From: an uncultured bacterium
GTDB lineage: Bacteria; Eisenbacteria; RBG-16-71-46; CAZAMP01
Length of the DNA: 64,000 nucleotides
Direction of reading: 5' to 3'
Assembly: GCA_964486455.1 (NCBI GenBank)
Contig: CAZAMP010000002.1
Span: 118,722 to 182,721, forward strand
Both the position numbers and the translations under genes were made by a program. A model generated the notes under the pieces. That model did not search any database and was not told the origin of the DNA. It saw only the letters and a list, made by a program, of their open reading frames with translations. Positions 9,127-19,400 of the stretch are shown here, in pieces; position 1 is the first letter of the stretch, and each line of letters starts with the position of its first letter.

Positions 9127-9161
9127 AAGGCAGATGCTCTATCCAGCTGAGCTACAGGCGC
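9088..9161 (-). tRNA. tRNA-Arg (anticodon TCT), no encoded CCA
   Basis: Reverse complement reads GCGCCTG-TA-GCTC-AGCTGGATA-GAGC-A-TCTGC-CTTCTAA-GCAGA-GGGTC-CCGCG-TTCAAGT-CGCGG-CAGGCGC-G (74 nt). Confidence 0.9.
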
Positions 9162-9171
9162 ATGGTGAGAA

Positions 9172-9249
<78 letters not shown>

Positions 9250-9324
9250 ACTCAACATGACATCAATGCCGGATGATGATGCCGGAAAGTTGCCCCGGCT
9301 TCAATCGCCAGAAGGAGAGAAGAG

Positions 9325-9777
9325 ATGGCAAGAGGGGTCAACAAGGTAATCCTCGTTGGAAACCTCGGATTCGACCCCGAGGTCCGCCACACGCAATCCG
9401 GGACGCCCGTCTGCAATCTGCGTCTCGCCACGACCGAGAACGTAAAGGTGGCCGACAATTGGGAGCCGCGAACCGAATGGCATCGGGTCACCCTCTTCGG
9501 TCGCACGGCGGAGACCGCGGGACAATATCTGAAGAAGGGCCGCCAAGTCTACATCGAGGGTCGGATTCAGACCCGGAAGTGGCAGGACCAGCAGGGGAAC
9601 GACCGCTACACGACCGAGGTCGTCGCGTACCAGATGATCATGCTGGGCGGTGGCGGCGGGCGCTCCGAACCCGCGGTGGATCCAGGCGCCGTTCCCGAGG
9701 CGTTTGGTCCTGCGGATGATCAGTCCGGCAAGGGCGGCACCGACTTCGGCGAGGGAGACGACAGCCTGCCGTTCTAG
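9325..9777 (+). CDS. ssb: single-stranded DNA-binding protein
   Basis: [19 protein letters not shown]....G..V....LAT...W.......EWH.V..FG..AE....YL.KG..VY.EG....R.W, followed by a Gly-rich linker and an acidic tail DDSLPF. RBS AAGGAGAG lies upstream. Confidence 0.95.
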   Translation: MARGVNKVILVGNLGFDPEVRHTQSGTPVCNLRLATTENVKVADNWEPRTEWHRVTLFGRTAETAGQYLKKGRQVYIEGRIQTRKWQDQQGNDRYTTEVVAYQMIMLGGGGGRSEPAVDPGAVPEAFGPADDQSGKGGTDFGEGDDSLPF

Positions 9778-9811
9778 GCGGCCTCTGGTGCGCCGGGCGG
9801 CGCCTTTGGGC

Positions 9812-9840
9812 TTGACCGTTCGGCGCGCGATCGTTATCGT
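9812..9840 (+). promoter_or_regulatory. candidate sigma70-type promoter for tRNA-Lys
   Basis: TTGACC (9812-9817), 17-nt spacer, TATCGT (9835-9840), 20 nt upstream of the tRNA 5' end. Sequence match only. Confidence 0.3.
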
Positions 9841-9860
9841 CCCTGGCGCTTCGATTGGGT

Positions 9861-9937
9861 GCGCCGTTAGCTCAACTAGGTAGAGCAACTGACTCTTAAT
9901 CAGTGGGTTCGGGGTTCGATTCCCTGACGGCGCACCA
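9861..9937 (+). tRNA. tRNA-Lys (anticodon CTT), CCA encoded
   Basis: GCGCCGT-TA-GCTC-AACTAGGTA-GAGC-A-ACTGA-CTCTTAA-TCAGT-GGGTT-CGGGG-TTCGATT-CCCTG-ACGGCGC-A-CCA (77 nt). Confidence 0.9.
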
Positions 9938-9952
9938 TTCACGGAACCACAC

Positions 9953-10875
9953 ATGACCAAGATCCCACCCAATCGCTGGATTCATGTCGCCAAGCGTTGT
10001 GTCAACGACGCGCTACTTCGGATTCCGCCCGTCGCGAAGCTGAACGGTATCCGCGCGGCTCTCCGCACTGGCTCGATGAACGATCCGGACTACCTCGTCG
10101 GCATCCTCGGGACGCACCTCAGACGGCTACGGGAGCACGGCGGCTCACTCGACGGCATGCATGCACTCGAGCTGGGGCCCGGGAACAGTTTGGGGCAGGG
10201 GATGCTGCTCTGTGCCCTCGGGGCTGAGAGCGTCACTGCCGTCGATGTGGCCCACTTCGCGAACGAGCGATCCGGCCGCGGTGTCTATGCCACCCTGGCT
10301 AAACGCTTACCCGGTCACGTGAGCGACGGCACGTTTCCCGCCGCCGTGCGGACCGAGGATCTCGCCGCACGGCTCGCGGAGCTACTTCCATACGGCGCCG
10401 CGTTCCCGGCGATCGGGGGGCGGCTCCGCTATGAGATCACCGACGGCCGCCATCTTCCGTTGCCTAACGACAGCGTGAATTTCATCTATTCGTGCTCGGT
10501 ACTTGAGCACGTGAAGGAGATCGGGCTTGCATACGACGAGATGGCCCGCGTTCTTCGCCCCGGCGGGATGATGAGCCAGATGATCGACCTCGAGGATCAC
10601 GCTCATCCGGATCCGTATGACTTCCTCCGGTACGGCGACAGGCTGTGGGATCTCATGCAGGGGCGGAGCCCCGGAGCCCCGGAGCCACGAACCGGCTCCG
10701 GGCGACGGATCATCTGGGGCACATGGAGCGCGCCGGCTTCGAGATCCTGGAGGTGGTGCGGCGGAAATCCGACAACCCACCGCCCATCAACGAGTTCGAC
10801 GCGCGGTTTCAGCGCTACGAACCAGAGGAGCTGCATACGCTACGCATCGCGGTCGTGGTTCGGCGGCCGGTCTGA
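9953..10875 (+). pseudogene. class I SAM-dependent methyltransferase disrupted by a frameshift (8-bp tandem duplication)
   Basis: The N-terminal 240 aa (frame of 9953) carry LELGPGNSLG, VNFIYSCSVLEHV and VLRPGGMM. The expected C-terminal part, NRLRATDHLGHMERAGFEILEVV..., is in the frame of ORF 10645..10875. The frames switch at the GGAGCCCC duplication. As written, the first frame runs on to 10921 with an atypical tail. Confidence 0.75.
10665..10686 (+). repeat. tandem duplication GGAGCCCC-GGAGCCCC-GGAGCC
   Basis: Read directly: copy 1 at 10665-10672, copy 2 at 10673-10680, partial third copy at 10681-10686. Deleting one 8-bp unit joins the two methyltransferase frames. Confidence 0.9.
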
Positions 10876-10985
10876 AACCAATCCTCTTGTTCAGACGTTC
10901 TACATGATGCAGAATCGATGACGTGAGGCCGCAAGGCCAAGCGAAAGGCCGCTCACGGCCGATCTATCTACTAGATGTCGTCAGT

Positions 10986-11337
10986 GGGGGCGACAGGCTT
11001 CGACGGAGGTATTAAACCGCGGACAGCGTGCCGAGGTCCCCGCAGGCCTCGTTAAACAGGCGGGAACGTATCAACTGCCAATGAAGAAATGGCACTGGCG
11101 GCCTAATACAGGTAGCCCGTCTCCGGTCCCTTCGCCCGTTGGGGGATCGAGAGGCGTCGTATAGACGGGCTGGTCCCGACGTCCGTTCGGTGCGGCGGGG
11201 CGAGATACTAGACGAACTGGCCCAAGCGGATCCTGCCCGTCGGAGCCGTGGACGGTGAGATTAAAAGACGGAACACGCACGTAGCGGTCCTCGGGGCGTA
11301 CTTTCGGACGCGGGTTCGATTCCCGCCGCCTCCACCA
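10986..11337 (+). ncRNA. ssrA: tmRNA (SsrA)
   Basis: The 5' GGGGGCGACAGGCTTCGACGG pairs with the 3' ...GCGGGTTCGATTCCCGCCGCCTCCACCA, giving a tRNA-Ala-like acceptor with a G3:U pair, a T-arm and CCA. There is an internal tag reading frame. Confidence 0.9.
11077..11106 (+). other. tmRNA tag-peptide reading frame (A)NEEMALAA-stop
   Basis: GCC AAT GAA GAA ATG GCA CTG GCG GCC TAA. The hydrophobic ALAA C-terminus is typical of the proteolysis tag. The choice of resume codon is inferred. Confidence 0.7.
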
Positions 11338-11371
11338 AGTTATTTGTCTGCAATGATTTAACACCCGAAAT

Positions 11372-11406
11372 GACGCGGGAGCGATGGTTTGTGCGGTTCC
11401 CGCGTC
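11372..11406 (+). terminator. hairpin downstream of ssrA (possible terminator or processing stem; no T-tract)
   Basis: GACGCGGGA (11372-11380) pairs with TCCCGCGTC (11398-11406): a perfect 9-bp stem with a 17-nt loop. Confidence 0.35.
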
Positions 11407-11614
11407 CCAGCCAGTTGGCACGCTGCAGTCGCACAGATTCCAGTCCTACCTGCGGAGCCTGCTCATTCAATCCGCCGCCCTGCAATCACTTGGGTTGAAG
11501 GGCGTTCTTCCGGGTTGGGATCGCCTCTTCCTTGATAGCAGGACGGTGTCCGAATAGACTCTCCCCCCAATCGCATCTCCCATCGAATCCCCGTTGTATT
11601 CCGTGGATGGACGC

Positions 11615-13315
11615 ATGATCGGGTCCGAGATCGGCCACTTCCGTATCGTGAAGCAGCTCGGCAAGGGCGGTATGGGTGAGGTCTTCCAGGCTCAGGATAC
11701 AAAGCTCGGTCGCGATGTGGCGCTGAAGTTTCTCTCGGCGGAATTGAGCGACGATCCGACATTCTGCGAGCGGTTCTTGCGGGAAGCGCAGGCTATCGCC
11801 GCACTCAATCATCCCCACATCTGCACGATCTTCGAAACCGGCGAGCACGAGGGCCGGCCGTTCTTTGCGATGGAGTACCTAGAGGGCAGAACCCTGAAGC
11901 AGCTCGCCGCCGACGGCCCCCTGGAGATCGAGCTTCTCACCAAGGTGGCCCTGCAGCTCGCGGACGCGCTGCATGCCGCGCACGCCAAGGAGATCCTTCA
12001 CCGGGATCTGAAGCCGGCCAACGTGATCTTCGACGAGCAGGGCAGTGTGAAGCTCTTTGATTTCGGACTGGCGAAATCGATCCGTTTGGCGGCGGACGAA
12101 CTGGACAGGACGATCGATCTGGGTGCTCAAACGACCGGGTCCGCCGCACCGGAGGGTGCTGAGGCGCCGCGCCAGAGCGAACTGACCCAGACCGGCTCGA
12201 CCCTCGGCACACTCGCCTACATGTCTCCAGAGCAGCTCCGAAACGAGGAGCTGGACCAGCGCTCCGATCTCTTCGCCTTTGGTCTCGTCCTCTACGAGAT
12301 GGCGACCGGCGTGCCGGCCTTCGGTGCAAGCTCGATCGCCCAGCTGATCGACTCGGTATTGAACCGCGATCCGGAAGCCGCAGCGACGCTTCGCCCCGAC
12401 TTGCCGGCGTCCTTGGATGCGGTGATCCGGCGTCTCATGCAGAAGAATCGCGCCGATCGATTCGGTTCCGCGGCGGAGGTTCGAGAGGCCTTGATGCTGT
12501 CGAGCCCGCCGCCGGCGGTGACCGGAACGGCTGCATCGACCTCGCCAACCTTGACCACCCTTGGCAGGAAACGGTCGCCGCTGTGGCTGATCTTCTTCAT
12601 CGTCGGCGCGTGTTTCCTGGCAGCGTGGATTGGTGCTGCTGCGGAAAGCTTGGGATCCTCGGACAATGAGGGGATGTGGTTGGGAGCTTTGCCGGCTCTG
12701 GCGTGTTTCGGGTTGAGCTGGTTCGTCTGGTGGCGGAGCGGCCGCAGGTTGCGAGCTGAAGCGCCGGAACGACCGGTCAGGCTCACCCGACTGGAGGAGC
12801 AACCCACAAGCCGTCTGTGGTTCTGGTCGTATGTCCTCACCTGGATCTTAGCCCTCGCGATGACCGCTGTGCTTCTCAAGAGCGGCTGGCGAATCTGGTC
12901 GCAGAGCGAATCGCATCCTGACGTACCTGGTATCGTCATCAGTGCGCTGTTGGCCGCTCTCTTTTGGTTCAATGTCGCAAAGGGACGCAGCTGGCGCGAC
13001 CACCCCCCATCGCGCAAATGGCGCGAGATCGAAGTCCACGGCAGCTATGCTCAGATACTGGGTAATGTCTCGCTGCTCATTGCGGACCTGGAAGCCCGTG
13101 TGACGGGATTGAATCTCGAGGAGGGACTGATTCGCGCCACCACCTCCGCGAGTCTCCGAACCTGGGGAGAGCGGGTGACATTCTCCATCACGGAGACTCG
13201 CCCCGGCGTGTTCACCGTACGGATCGAAAGCGAGTGTGTCTTGCCGTTCGAGGTGTTCGAACTCGGCAAGAACGCCGCAAACCTCAGAAGAGCGGTGGAG
13301 CAACTGGCGCAGTGA
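11615..13315 (+). CDS. serine/threonine protein kinase with four predicted TM helices and a C-terminal domain of unknown function
   Basis: Hanks kinase motifs: GKGGMGEVF, VALKFL, HRDLKPANV, DFGLAK, GTLAYMSPE. These are followed by LWLIFFIVGACFLAAWIGAAA, WLGALPALACFGLSWFVWW, LWFWSYVLTWILALAMTAVLL and IVISALLAALFWFNVA, then about 110 aa. ATG 11615 preferred over TTG 11594. Confidence 0.9.
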   Translation: MIGSEIGHFRIVKQLGKGGMGEVFQAQDTKLGRDVALKFLSAELSDDPTFCERFLREAQAIAALNHPHICTIFETGEHEGRPFFAMEYLEGRTLKQLAADGPLEIELLTKVALQLADALHAAHAKEILHRDLKPANVIFDEQGSVKLFDFGLAKSIRLAADELDRTIDLGAQTTGSAAPEGAEAPRQSELTQTGSTLGTLAYMSPEQLRNEELDQRSDLFAFGLVLYEMATGVPAFGASSIAQLIDSVLNRDPEAAATLRPDLPASLDAVIRRLMQKNRADRFGSAAEVREALMLSSPPPAVTGTAASTSPTLTTLGRKRSPLWLIFFIVGACFLAAWIGAAAESLGSSDNEGMWLGALPALACFGLSWFVWWRSGRRLRAEAPERPVRLTRLEEQPTSRLWFWSYVLTWILALAMTAVLLKSGWRIWSQSESHPDVPGIVISALLAALFWFNVAKGRSWRDHPPSRKWREIEVHGSYAQILGNVSLLIADLEARVTGLNLEEGLIRATTSASLRTWGERVTFSITETRPGVFTVRIESECVLPFEVFELGKNAANLRRAVEQLAQ

Positions 13316-13775
13316 CAATCACTGGGCCCCGGTAATCCTGTCTGCTGCTGGGTGGTGCTTGTGGTGGTGAGGCAGCCCGCCGGCCTCGGAGGACTGGTAC
13401 TGGGGGTTCTCCTCCCGCAGTAGCCGGCAAACAGAGTGGGGGCGATCCTGCGGGAGGTGAGCGAGGAAGCGGTGGGTGGATTCGGACGCGCCTCTTGCTG
13501 AGGGGCGAGATCGCCGGGTTGCTCACTTGGCCGTCTCCAAGCTGTCTCCATGACTGGGGAGGAGGTCAGCCCACCAATCATCCCACCCGAACGAACGCTA
13601 GGACCGTGACGTCCGCGCCTTCAGCCTCCCATTGATCGCATCGGTCGTCTGGAATGATGGAACTCAATTATTATCAATAAGTTACTGGCCAGGTGAAACG
13701 AGTTCCCGAATCCTTGCGGTCCCGCGATGCTCCCGGGAGTGGGGGGTGCCGGCGGGCAAGAACATGTTGACGTAC

Positions 13776-13804
13776 TTGACCCTCCGGTCGATCCTTTGTA
13801 TGAT
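13776..13804 (+). promoter_or_regulatory. candidate sigma70-type promoter of the sahR-like/ahcY operon
   Basis: TTGACC (13776-13781), 17-nt spacer, TATGAT (13799-13804), 32 nt upstream of ATG 13836. It sits in the only AT-richer patch of this gap. Confidence 0.45.
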
Positions 13805-13835
13805 CCATATATCCGCATGAACGGATTGAGGAACA

Positions 13836-14783
13836 ATGATCGCGACGAACAACAAGCTCTTCGAGCACATGACGACCCTGTCGGACACGGTCAGGTGTCG
13901 CCTGCTCGTTCTGCTCGCGCAGGAGCTGACCGTTTCGGACCTTTGCGCCGTCATGCAGCTGCCGCAATCGACGGTGAGCCGCCATTTGAAGACCCTCCAC
14001 GACCGTGGCTGGGTCGAGTCGCGGCCCGACGGAACGCGGCGTCTCTACCGCCGCACCATCGAGGAGTTGGAGGACGGCGCAAAAAAGCTCTGGGATCTGG
14101 CCGGCGAAGAGCTTCTCCGAACCTCAGCGGGGCGGGGGGATGCCGAGCGTCTCGCCAGCGTGCTGGCGCGGCGGCGGTCGAGATCACGGGAGTTCTTCGA
14201 CGCGAGCGGAGCGAACTGGGATGCGCTCAGAGACGAGCTTTTCGGCGCGCACTTCTACTCGCAGGCATTGCTCGGCCTTCTCGAAAGCGAGTGGGTGGTG
14301 GCGGATCTCGGCTGCGGCACGGGCGCGGTTGCGGAGTCGCTCGCTCCGTTCGTCCGCGGTGTCATCGGCATCGACGGGTCGAACGCCATGCTCGACATCG
14401 CCGAGAAACGGCTGGGACGATTCGGAAACGTGGAGCTTCGAGTCGGTGAGCTCGAGAGCTTGCCGTTGGATGACGACTCGGTCGATGTGGCGACGTTGAT
14501 GCTCGTCCTTCATCATGTCGAGCAACCGGACATCGCGATCCGCGAGGCGGCGCGTGTTCTTCGCCCCGGCGGGAAGATCCTGATCGTCGACATGGCGCCC
14601 CACGATCGTTCTCATTACGTTCAAGAGATGGGCCACACATGGCTCGGCTTTTCGGAAGAAGATATCTGTTCGCAAATCAAGGAAGCCGGGTTCGGCGAGG
14701 AACGGTTCCAATCCCTTCCTCCCGTGCCGGAGGCCAAAGGACCGAACCTGTTCGCTGTCACCGCGAACAAACGAAGGGACTAG
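13836..14783 (+). CDS. ArsR-family wHTH fused to a SAM-dependent-methyltransferase-like domain (SahR-like regulator)
   Basis: N-terminal [46 protein letters not shown] (ArsR HTH). C-terminal [11 protein letters not shown]...[11 protein letters not shown]...[15 protein letters not shown]...[12 protein letters not shown] (MTase fold). It ends 7 nt upstream of ahcY. Confidence 0.8.
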   Translation: MIATNNKLFEHMTTLSDTVRCRLLVLLAQELTVSDLCAVMQLPQSTVSRHLKTLHDRGWVESRPDGTRRLYRRTIEELEDGAKKLWDLAGEELLRTSAGRGDAERLASVLARRRSRSREFFDASGANWDALRDELFGAHFYSQALLGLLESEWVVADLGCGTGAVAESLAPFVRGVIGIDGSNAMLDIAEKRLGRFGNVELRVGELESLPLDDDSVDVATLMLVLHHVEQPDIAIREAARVLRPGGKILIVDMAPHDRSHYVQEMGHTWLGFSEEDICSQIKEAGFGEERFQSLPPVPEAKGPNLFAVTANKRRD

Positions 14784-14790
14784 CGATCTC

Positions 14791-16278
14791 ATGAGTACCA
14801 TCGTCCAAGGAAGTCACCCGTTCGATCTCGCTAAGCGGGCGGGGCGAGTCCCGTACAAGATCGCCGACATCAATCTGTCCACGCTCGGCCGCAAAGAGAT
14901 CGATCTCGCCGAGCACGAAATGCCGGGCCTGATGTCGATTCGCAAGCAATATGCGGGCAAGAAGCCGTTCGCCAACACGAAGATCATGGGAAGCCTTCAC
15001 ATGACCGTGCAGACGGCGGTTCTCATCGAGACGCTGGTCGATCTCGGCGCGGACGTCCGCTGGGTGAGCTGCAACATCTTCTCGACCCAAGACCACGCCG
15101 CGGCCGCGGTGGTCGTCGGACTCGATGGCACCGTCGACGCGCCACGAGGCGTGCCCGTGTTCGCGTGGAAGGGCGAAACGCTCGACGAATACTGGTGGTG
15201 CACGAACGAGGCGCTTCTCTGGACCGACGGTTCGGGACCGGAGCTCATTGTCGACGACGGTGGCGATGCAACCATGCTCATCCACAGAGGCAAGCAGTTC
15301 GAAGATGCCGGCCGGGTTCCGGAGTACGATGCCGAGAATGAGCCGGAGGAGTGGGGCTCGATCTTGGAGGTCCTTCGCGAGGAGCTTCAGAAGAACCCGC
15401 AGCGGTGGAGCAATATGGCATCGGAGATCCGCGGCGTCTCGGAGGAGACGACAACCGGGGTCCTGCGTCTCGCTCAGATGGAAGAAGCCGGTGAGCTTCT
15501 GTTCCCGGCGATCAACGTGAACGACTCGGTCACGAAACACAAGTTCGACAACATCTACGGTTGTCGCCACTCGCTCATCGACGGCCTCAACCGCGCCACC
15601 GATGTCATGATCGGCGGCAAGGTCGCCATCGTCCTAGGGTACGGAGAGGTCGGCAAAGGATGTGCGCAATCTCTCAGGGGACAGGGCGCCCGCGTGATCA
15701 TCGCCGAGATCGATCCTATCTGTGCGCTTCAGGCCGTCATGGAAGGTTTTGAGGTCAAACGTCTCGAGGACGTCGTCGAGACCGCCGACATCTTCATCAC
15801 CGCCACCGGCAACAAGGACGTCATCACCTATGAGATGATGACACGCATGAAGGACAAGGCGATCATCGGTAACATCGGCCATTTCGACAACGAGATCGAC
15901 GTCGCGGGAATGAAGAAGCACGGCGTCGAGTTACGAAACGTCAAGCCGCAGTACGATCGCTGCGTGTTCCCTGACGGCAAGAGCATCCTCATGCTCGCCG
16001 AGGGGCGACTCTTGAACCTCGGTTGTGCCACCGGTCACCCGAGCTTCGTCATGTCGACGTCATTCTCGAATCAGGTTCTCGCGCAGATCGAGCTCAACAC
16101 GAACCGAGACAAGTACGAGAATAAGGTCTACCGGTTGCCGAAGGAGCTCGACGAGGAGGTCGCCCGACTTCACCTCGATCATCTCGGCGTGAAGCTGACG
16201 GAGCTCACGAAGGAACAAGCGGACTACATCGGTGTCTCCGTCGATGGGCCCTACAAGCCGGATCACTACCGCTACTAA
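14791..16278 (+). CDS. ahcY: adenosylhomocysteinase
   Basis: [73 protein letters not shown]-type NAD motif ([13 protein letters not shown]), [19 protein letters not shown]. Confidence 0.95.
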   Translation: MSTIVQGSHPFDLAKRAGRVPYKIADINLSTLGRKEIDLAEHEMPGLMSIRKQYAGKKPFANTKIMGSLHMTVQTAVLIETLVDLGADVRWVSCNIFSTQDHAAAAVVVGLDGTVDAPRGVPVFAWKGETLDEYWWCTNEALLWTDGSGPELIVDDGGDATMLIHRGKQFEDAGRVPEYDAENEPEEWGSILEVLREELQKNPQRWSNMASEIRGVSEETTTGVLRLAQMEEAGELLFPAINVNDSVTKHKFDNIYGCRHSLIDGLNRATDVMIGGKVAIVLGYGEVGKGCAQSLRGQGARVIIAEIDPICALQAVMEGFEVKRLEDVVETADIFITATGNKDVITYEMMTRMKDKAIIGNIGHFDNEIDVAGMKKHGVELRNVKPQYDRCVFPDGKSILMLAEGRLLNLGCATGHPSFVMSTSFSNQVLAQIELNTNRDKYENKVYRLPKELDEEVARLHLDHLGVKLTELTKEQADYIGVSVDGPYKPDHYRY

Positions 16279-16302
16279 GAGCTCGAAGTTCGGGATCGGT
16301 GC

Positions 16303-16328
16303 AAGCCCGGGCGGTAACGCCCGGGCTT
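16303..16328 (+). terminator. strong GC hairpin after ahcY (no T-tract)
   Basis: AAGCCCGGGCG-GTAA-CGCCCGGGCTT: a perfect 11-bp stem with a tetraloop, 25 nt after the ahcY stop. Confidence 0.5.
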
Positions 16329-16402
16329 CGCTGTGTGCGCTCGGGTTGTTTGACGGCTCCCGGGTCCAGTACTATCGGCCACCACCAACAAGAGGAGACG
16401 CG

Positions 16403-19400
16403 ATGTCTGACGCCTTCCATCCCATCTCGATGGAACAGCTCACCGATTGGGTGTTCGATGAGCTGAAGGCGAAGGACTCGCTCTTCGGGATACCCTGCTC
16501 CGCGTTCTTCACGCCCAAGCCGGACGACCCGTTTCGAATTGAGATGTACGGGGTGGAGCTGGAGTCGCCGATCGGAGTGGCGGCCGGACCTCACTCTCAG
16601 ATGGCCCAGAATATCATCACGTCGTGGCTGGCCGGCGCCCGCTCCATCGAGCTAAAGACCGTGCAGACGCTCGACGAGCTGGACGTCAACAAGCCGTGCA
16701 TCGACATCGAAGACGAAGGCTACAACGTCGAATGGTCGCAGGAGCTGAAGATCTGCGAATCGTTCGACGAGTATCTGCGGGCCTGGGTGCTCATCCACGC
16801 ACTGCACCACGAGTTCCGTTTCCCCGGGCACCTGCCCGGGATGATCTTCAACATGAGCGTTGGGTACGACCTGGAGGGCATACTCCAGCCGAACGTGCAG
16901 TGGTTCCTCGATTCCATGAAGGATGCGTCGGCGCACCTGTCGGCGTACCTGGAGATCGTGGCGAGGCGCTGCCCCGCGGTTCGCGATCTGGACATCCCGA
17001 CCCGGATCTCGAATAGCGTCACGCTGTCGACCATGCACGGATGCCCTCCCGGCGAGATCGAACGCATCATGACGTACCTCCTCGAGGAACGGCATCTCCA
17101 CGCTTCGGTGAAGCTCAATCCCACCTTGCTGGGCGCCGACGAGGTGAGGTCCATCATCAATGACAGGCTCGGCTATCACGACATAGTCGTTCCCGATGAG
17201 GCGTTCGAACACGACCTCAGGTTTGCCGACGCGATACCAATGCTGCGTAACCTGCAGGAGATCGCCCGGAAGGAAGATCGAACCTTCGGGGTGAAGTTGA
17301 GCAACACACTCGAAGTGGACAACTGGCGCACACAGTTTGAAGAGGACCCGAGGATGTATCTATCGGGGCGGGCACTTCATCCGATCACCGTCAATCTCTC
17401 GCGGCGGATCTCCGACGAGTTCGACGGCGGTTTGCTGATGTCCTTCGCCGGCGGGGCCGACTGCTTCAACGTTGCCGATCTGCTCCGATCCGGCATGAAG
17501 ACGGTGACGACGTGCAGTGACCTCCTCAAGCCGGGCGGCTATCGGCGACTGCTTCAGTACATCGATAACCTCCGGCGCGCGATGGACGAGGCGGGAGCCG
17601 TCGACATGCGCGATTTCACAGCCAAAACCGCGGTGCGGGCTGAGACGTTCGACGAGTTCGGCTCGATGCTGCACGCGGCGCTCCTGTCCACCAGCGGCCT
17701 TGCCCTCGATCCCGCGGGCTGCAAGGCGCTCGGCGAGGCCATGAGCGCGGCATCCGGCGACGACCCGCCAATGAATGTCGTCCGTTCCTGGGCGGCTGGG
17801 GCCGGCCTTGATGCGCTCCGCACCGACGCGTTGGTGACCGTCGTCGCCAACATACTCGAGCAGATCAACCTGCGATCCTATGTCCATGACGTCTGCGCGG
17901 ATCGCCGCTATGTGAAGGCGACCTTTCGGACCGACCGGTCCAAGACTCCGCGGCGGCTCCACTACTTCGACTGCATCGCGGCACCTTGCATCGACGAGTG
18001 TCCGGTCGAGCAGAAGGTCCCGCAGTATATGAAGGCGGTGCGTGACGGCGATTTCACTGAAGCCGTACGCCTCGCGCGGCAGGACAATCCGATGCCGACC
18101 ATCCTCGGCAAGGTGTGCGACCACCTGTGCGAGAACACGTGCATCCGAACCCACCTGGACGAGCCGCTCGCCATCCGGCAGATCAAGCGGTTCATCATGG
18201 AGCACGAAAACCAGCCGACGCTCTTCGACCGCCGAGAGCCGACGGGAAGGAAGATCGCCGTCATCGGGGCAGGGCCGGCCGGCACCGCCGCCGCCCAGGA
18301 GCTGGCCTACGCCGGATTCTCAGTGACGATCTTCGAGAGTCGTTCCTATCCGGCCGGCATGGTGGGCGGCGCCATCCCGAACTACCGAATTCCGCAGAAG
18401 GACATCGCTCAGGACATGGCGGTGCTCACGGAGCTCGGAGTCGAGATTCGCTACGACCATCGCATCGGTGTCGACGGCAGTCTCGCTGACCTGTGGGCCG
18501 AAGGGTTCTCGTCGATCGTGATCGCGGTCGGGGCGCAACGGGCCAAGCAGCTCAACCTGGTGGGCGAGGAATCAGACGGCGTCATGGACGCCCTCTATTT
18601 CCTCCGCAACGCGCGGGAGGGCCACCCTCCATCCATCGGCGCCAGGGTCGGCGTGATCGGCGCGGGGGATACTGCGATGGATTGCGTCAGGTCCGCTTTG
18701 CGGTTGGGTGGTCGAGAGATTTCGCTCATCTACCGGCGGACGATCGACCAGATGCCGGCCGACCGGGAGGAGATTCACGCCGCCATCGAGGAAGGTATCA
18801 AGATTGTCGAGCTGGTTCGGCCTTCCGCGCTCCAGGTCAAGGACGGCAGGCTGACGGGGCTCGTAGTGTCACGTACCGAGTACCGGGGTGATCGTGACGA
18901 TTCCGGCCGAAAGATCCCTCACGACGTGCCCGGCTCGGAGTACGAGATCCCGCTCGACACCTTGATCTTGGCAATCAGTCAACATGCCGTCCTCGACTTC
19001 TTTGGAGACGACATGCCCGAGCTCACCCGGCACGGCTATCTCAAGACGGATCCGGCCACCTTTGAAACGACCATTCCAGACGTCTATGCGGCCGGCGACG
19101 TGGCCGCCCACGGTCCATCGTCGATCGTCGTGGCCGCCCACGACGGCAAACGGGTTGCGGCGGCCATCGCCGCCAGGCAAGGCATCAGCAGTGCTCGGCC
19201 CGCGGAGATCATGAGGAAGGTGGACCTGCGAAAGATGATGGTGAAGCGATCCCGCCGTCAGTATCGGATTCAAGCCTCGCACACGCCGCTCGACAGCCGG
19301 AACACCTTCACGGAGACTCAGCTCTCCTACACTCCGGAGCAAGCGATCGCGGAGGCCGGTCGGTGTCTCGATTGCCACGAGGTTTGCAGTCTGTGTGTGG

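Noticed and set aside
9861-13835. Genomic island integrated at tRNA-Lys or ssrA (broken methyltransferase, kinase, long non-coding gap)
   Set aside because: There is no integrase or recombinase, and I could find no downstream direct repeat of the tRNA-Lys or tmRNA 3' end. The idea is kept only as context for the frameshift finding.
13316-13835. SAH riboswitch upstream of the sahR-like/ahcY operon (also checked at 16279-16402)
   Set aside because: None of the conserved SAH-element segments I recall (GAGGAGCGCUGC..., ...CAACGGCGCUCAC) is present. Control by the protein regulator seems more likely.
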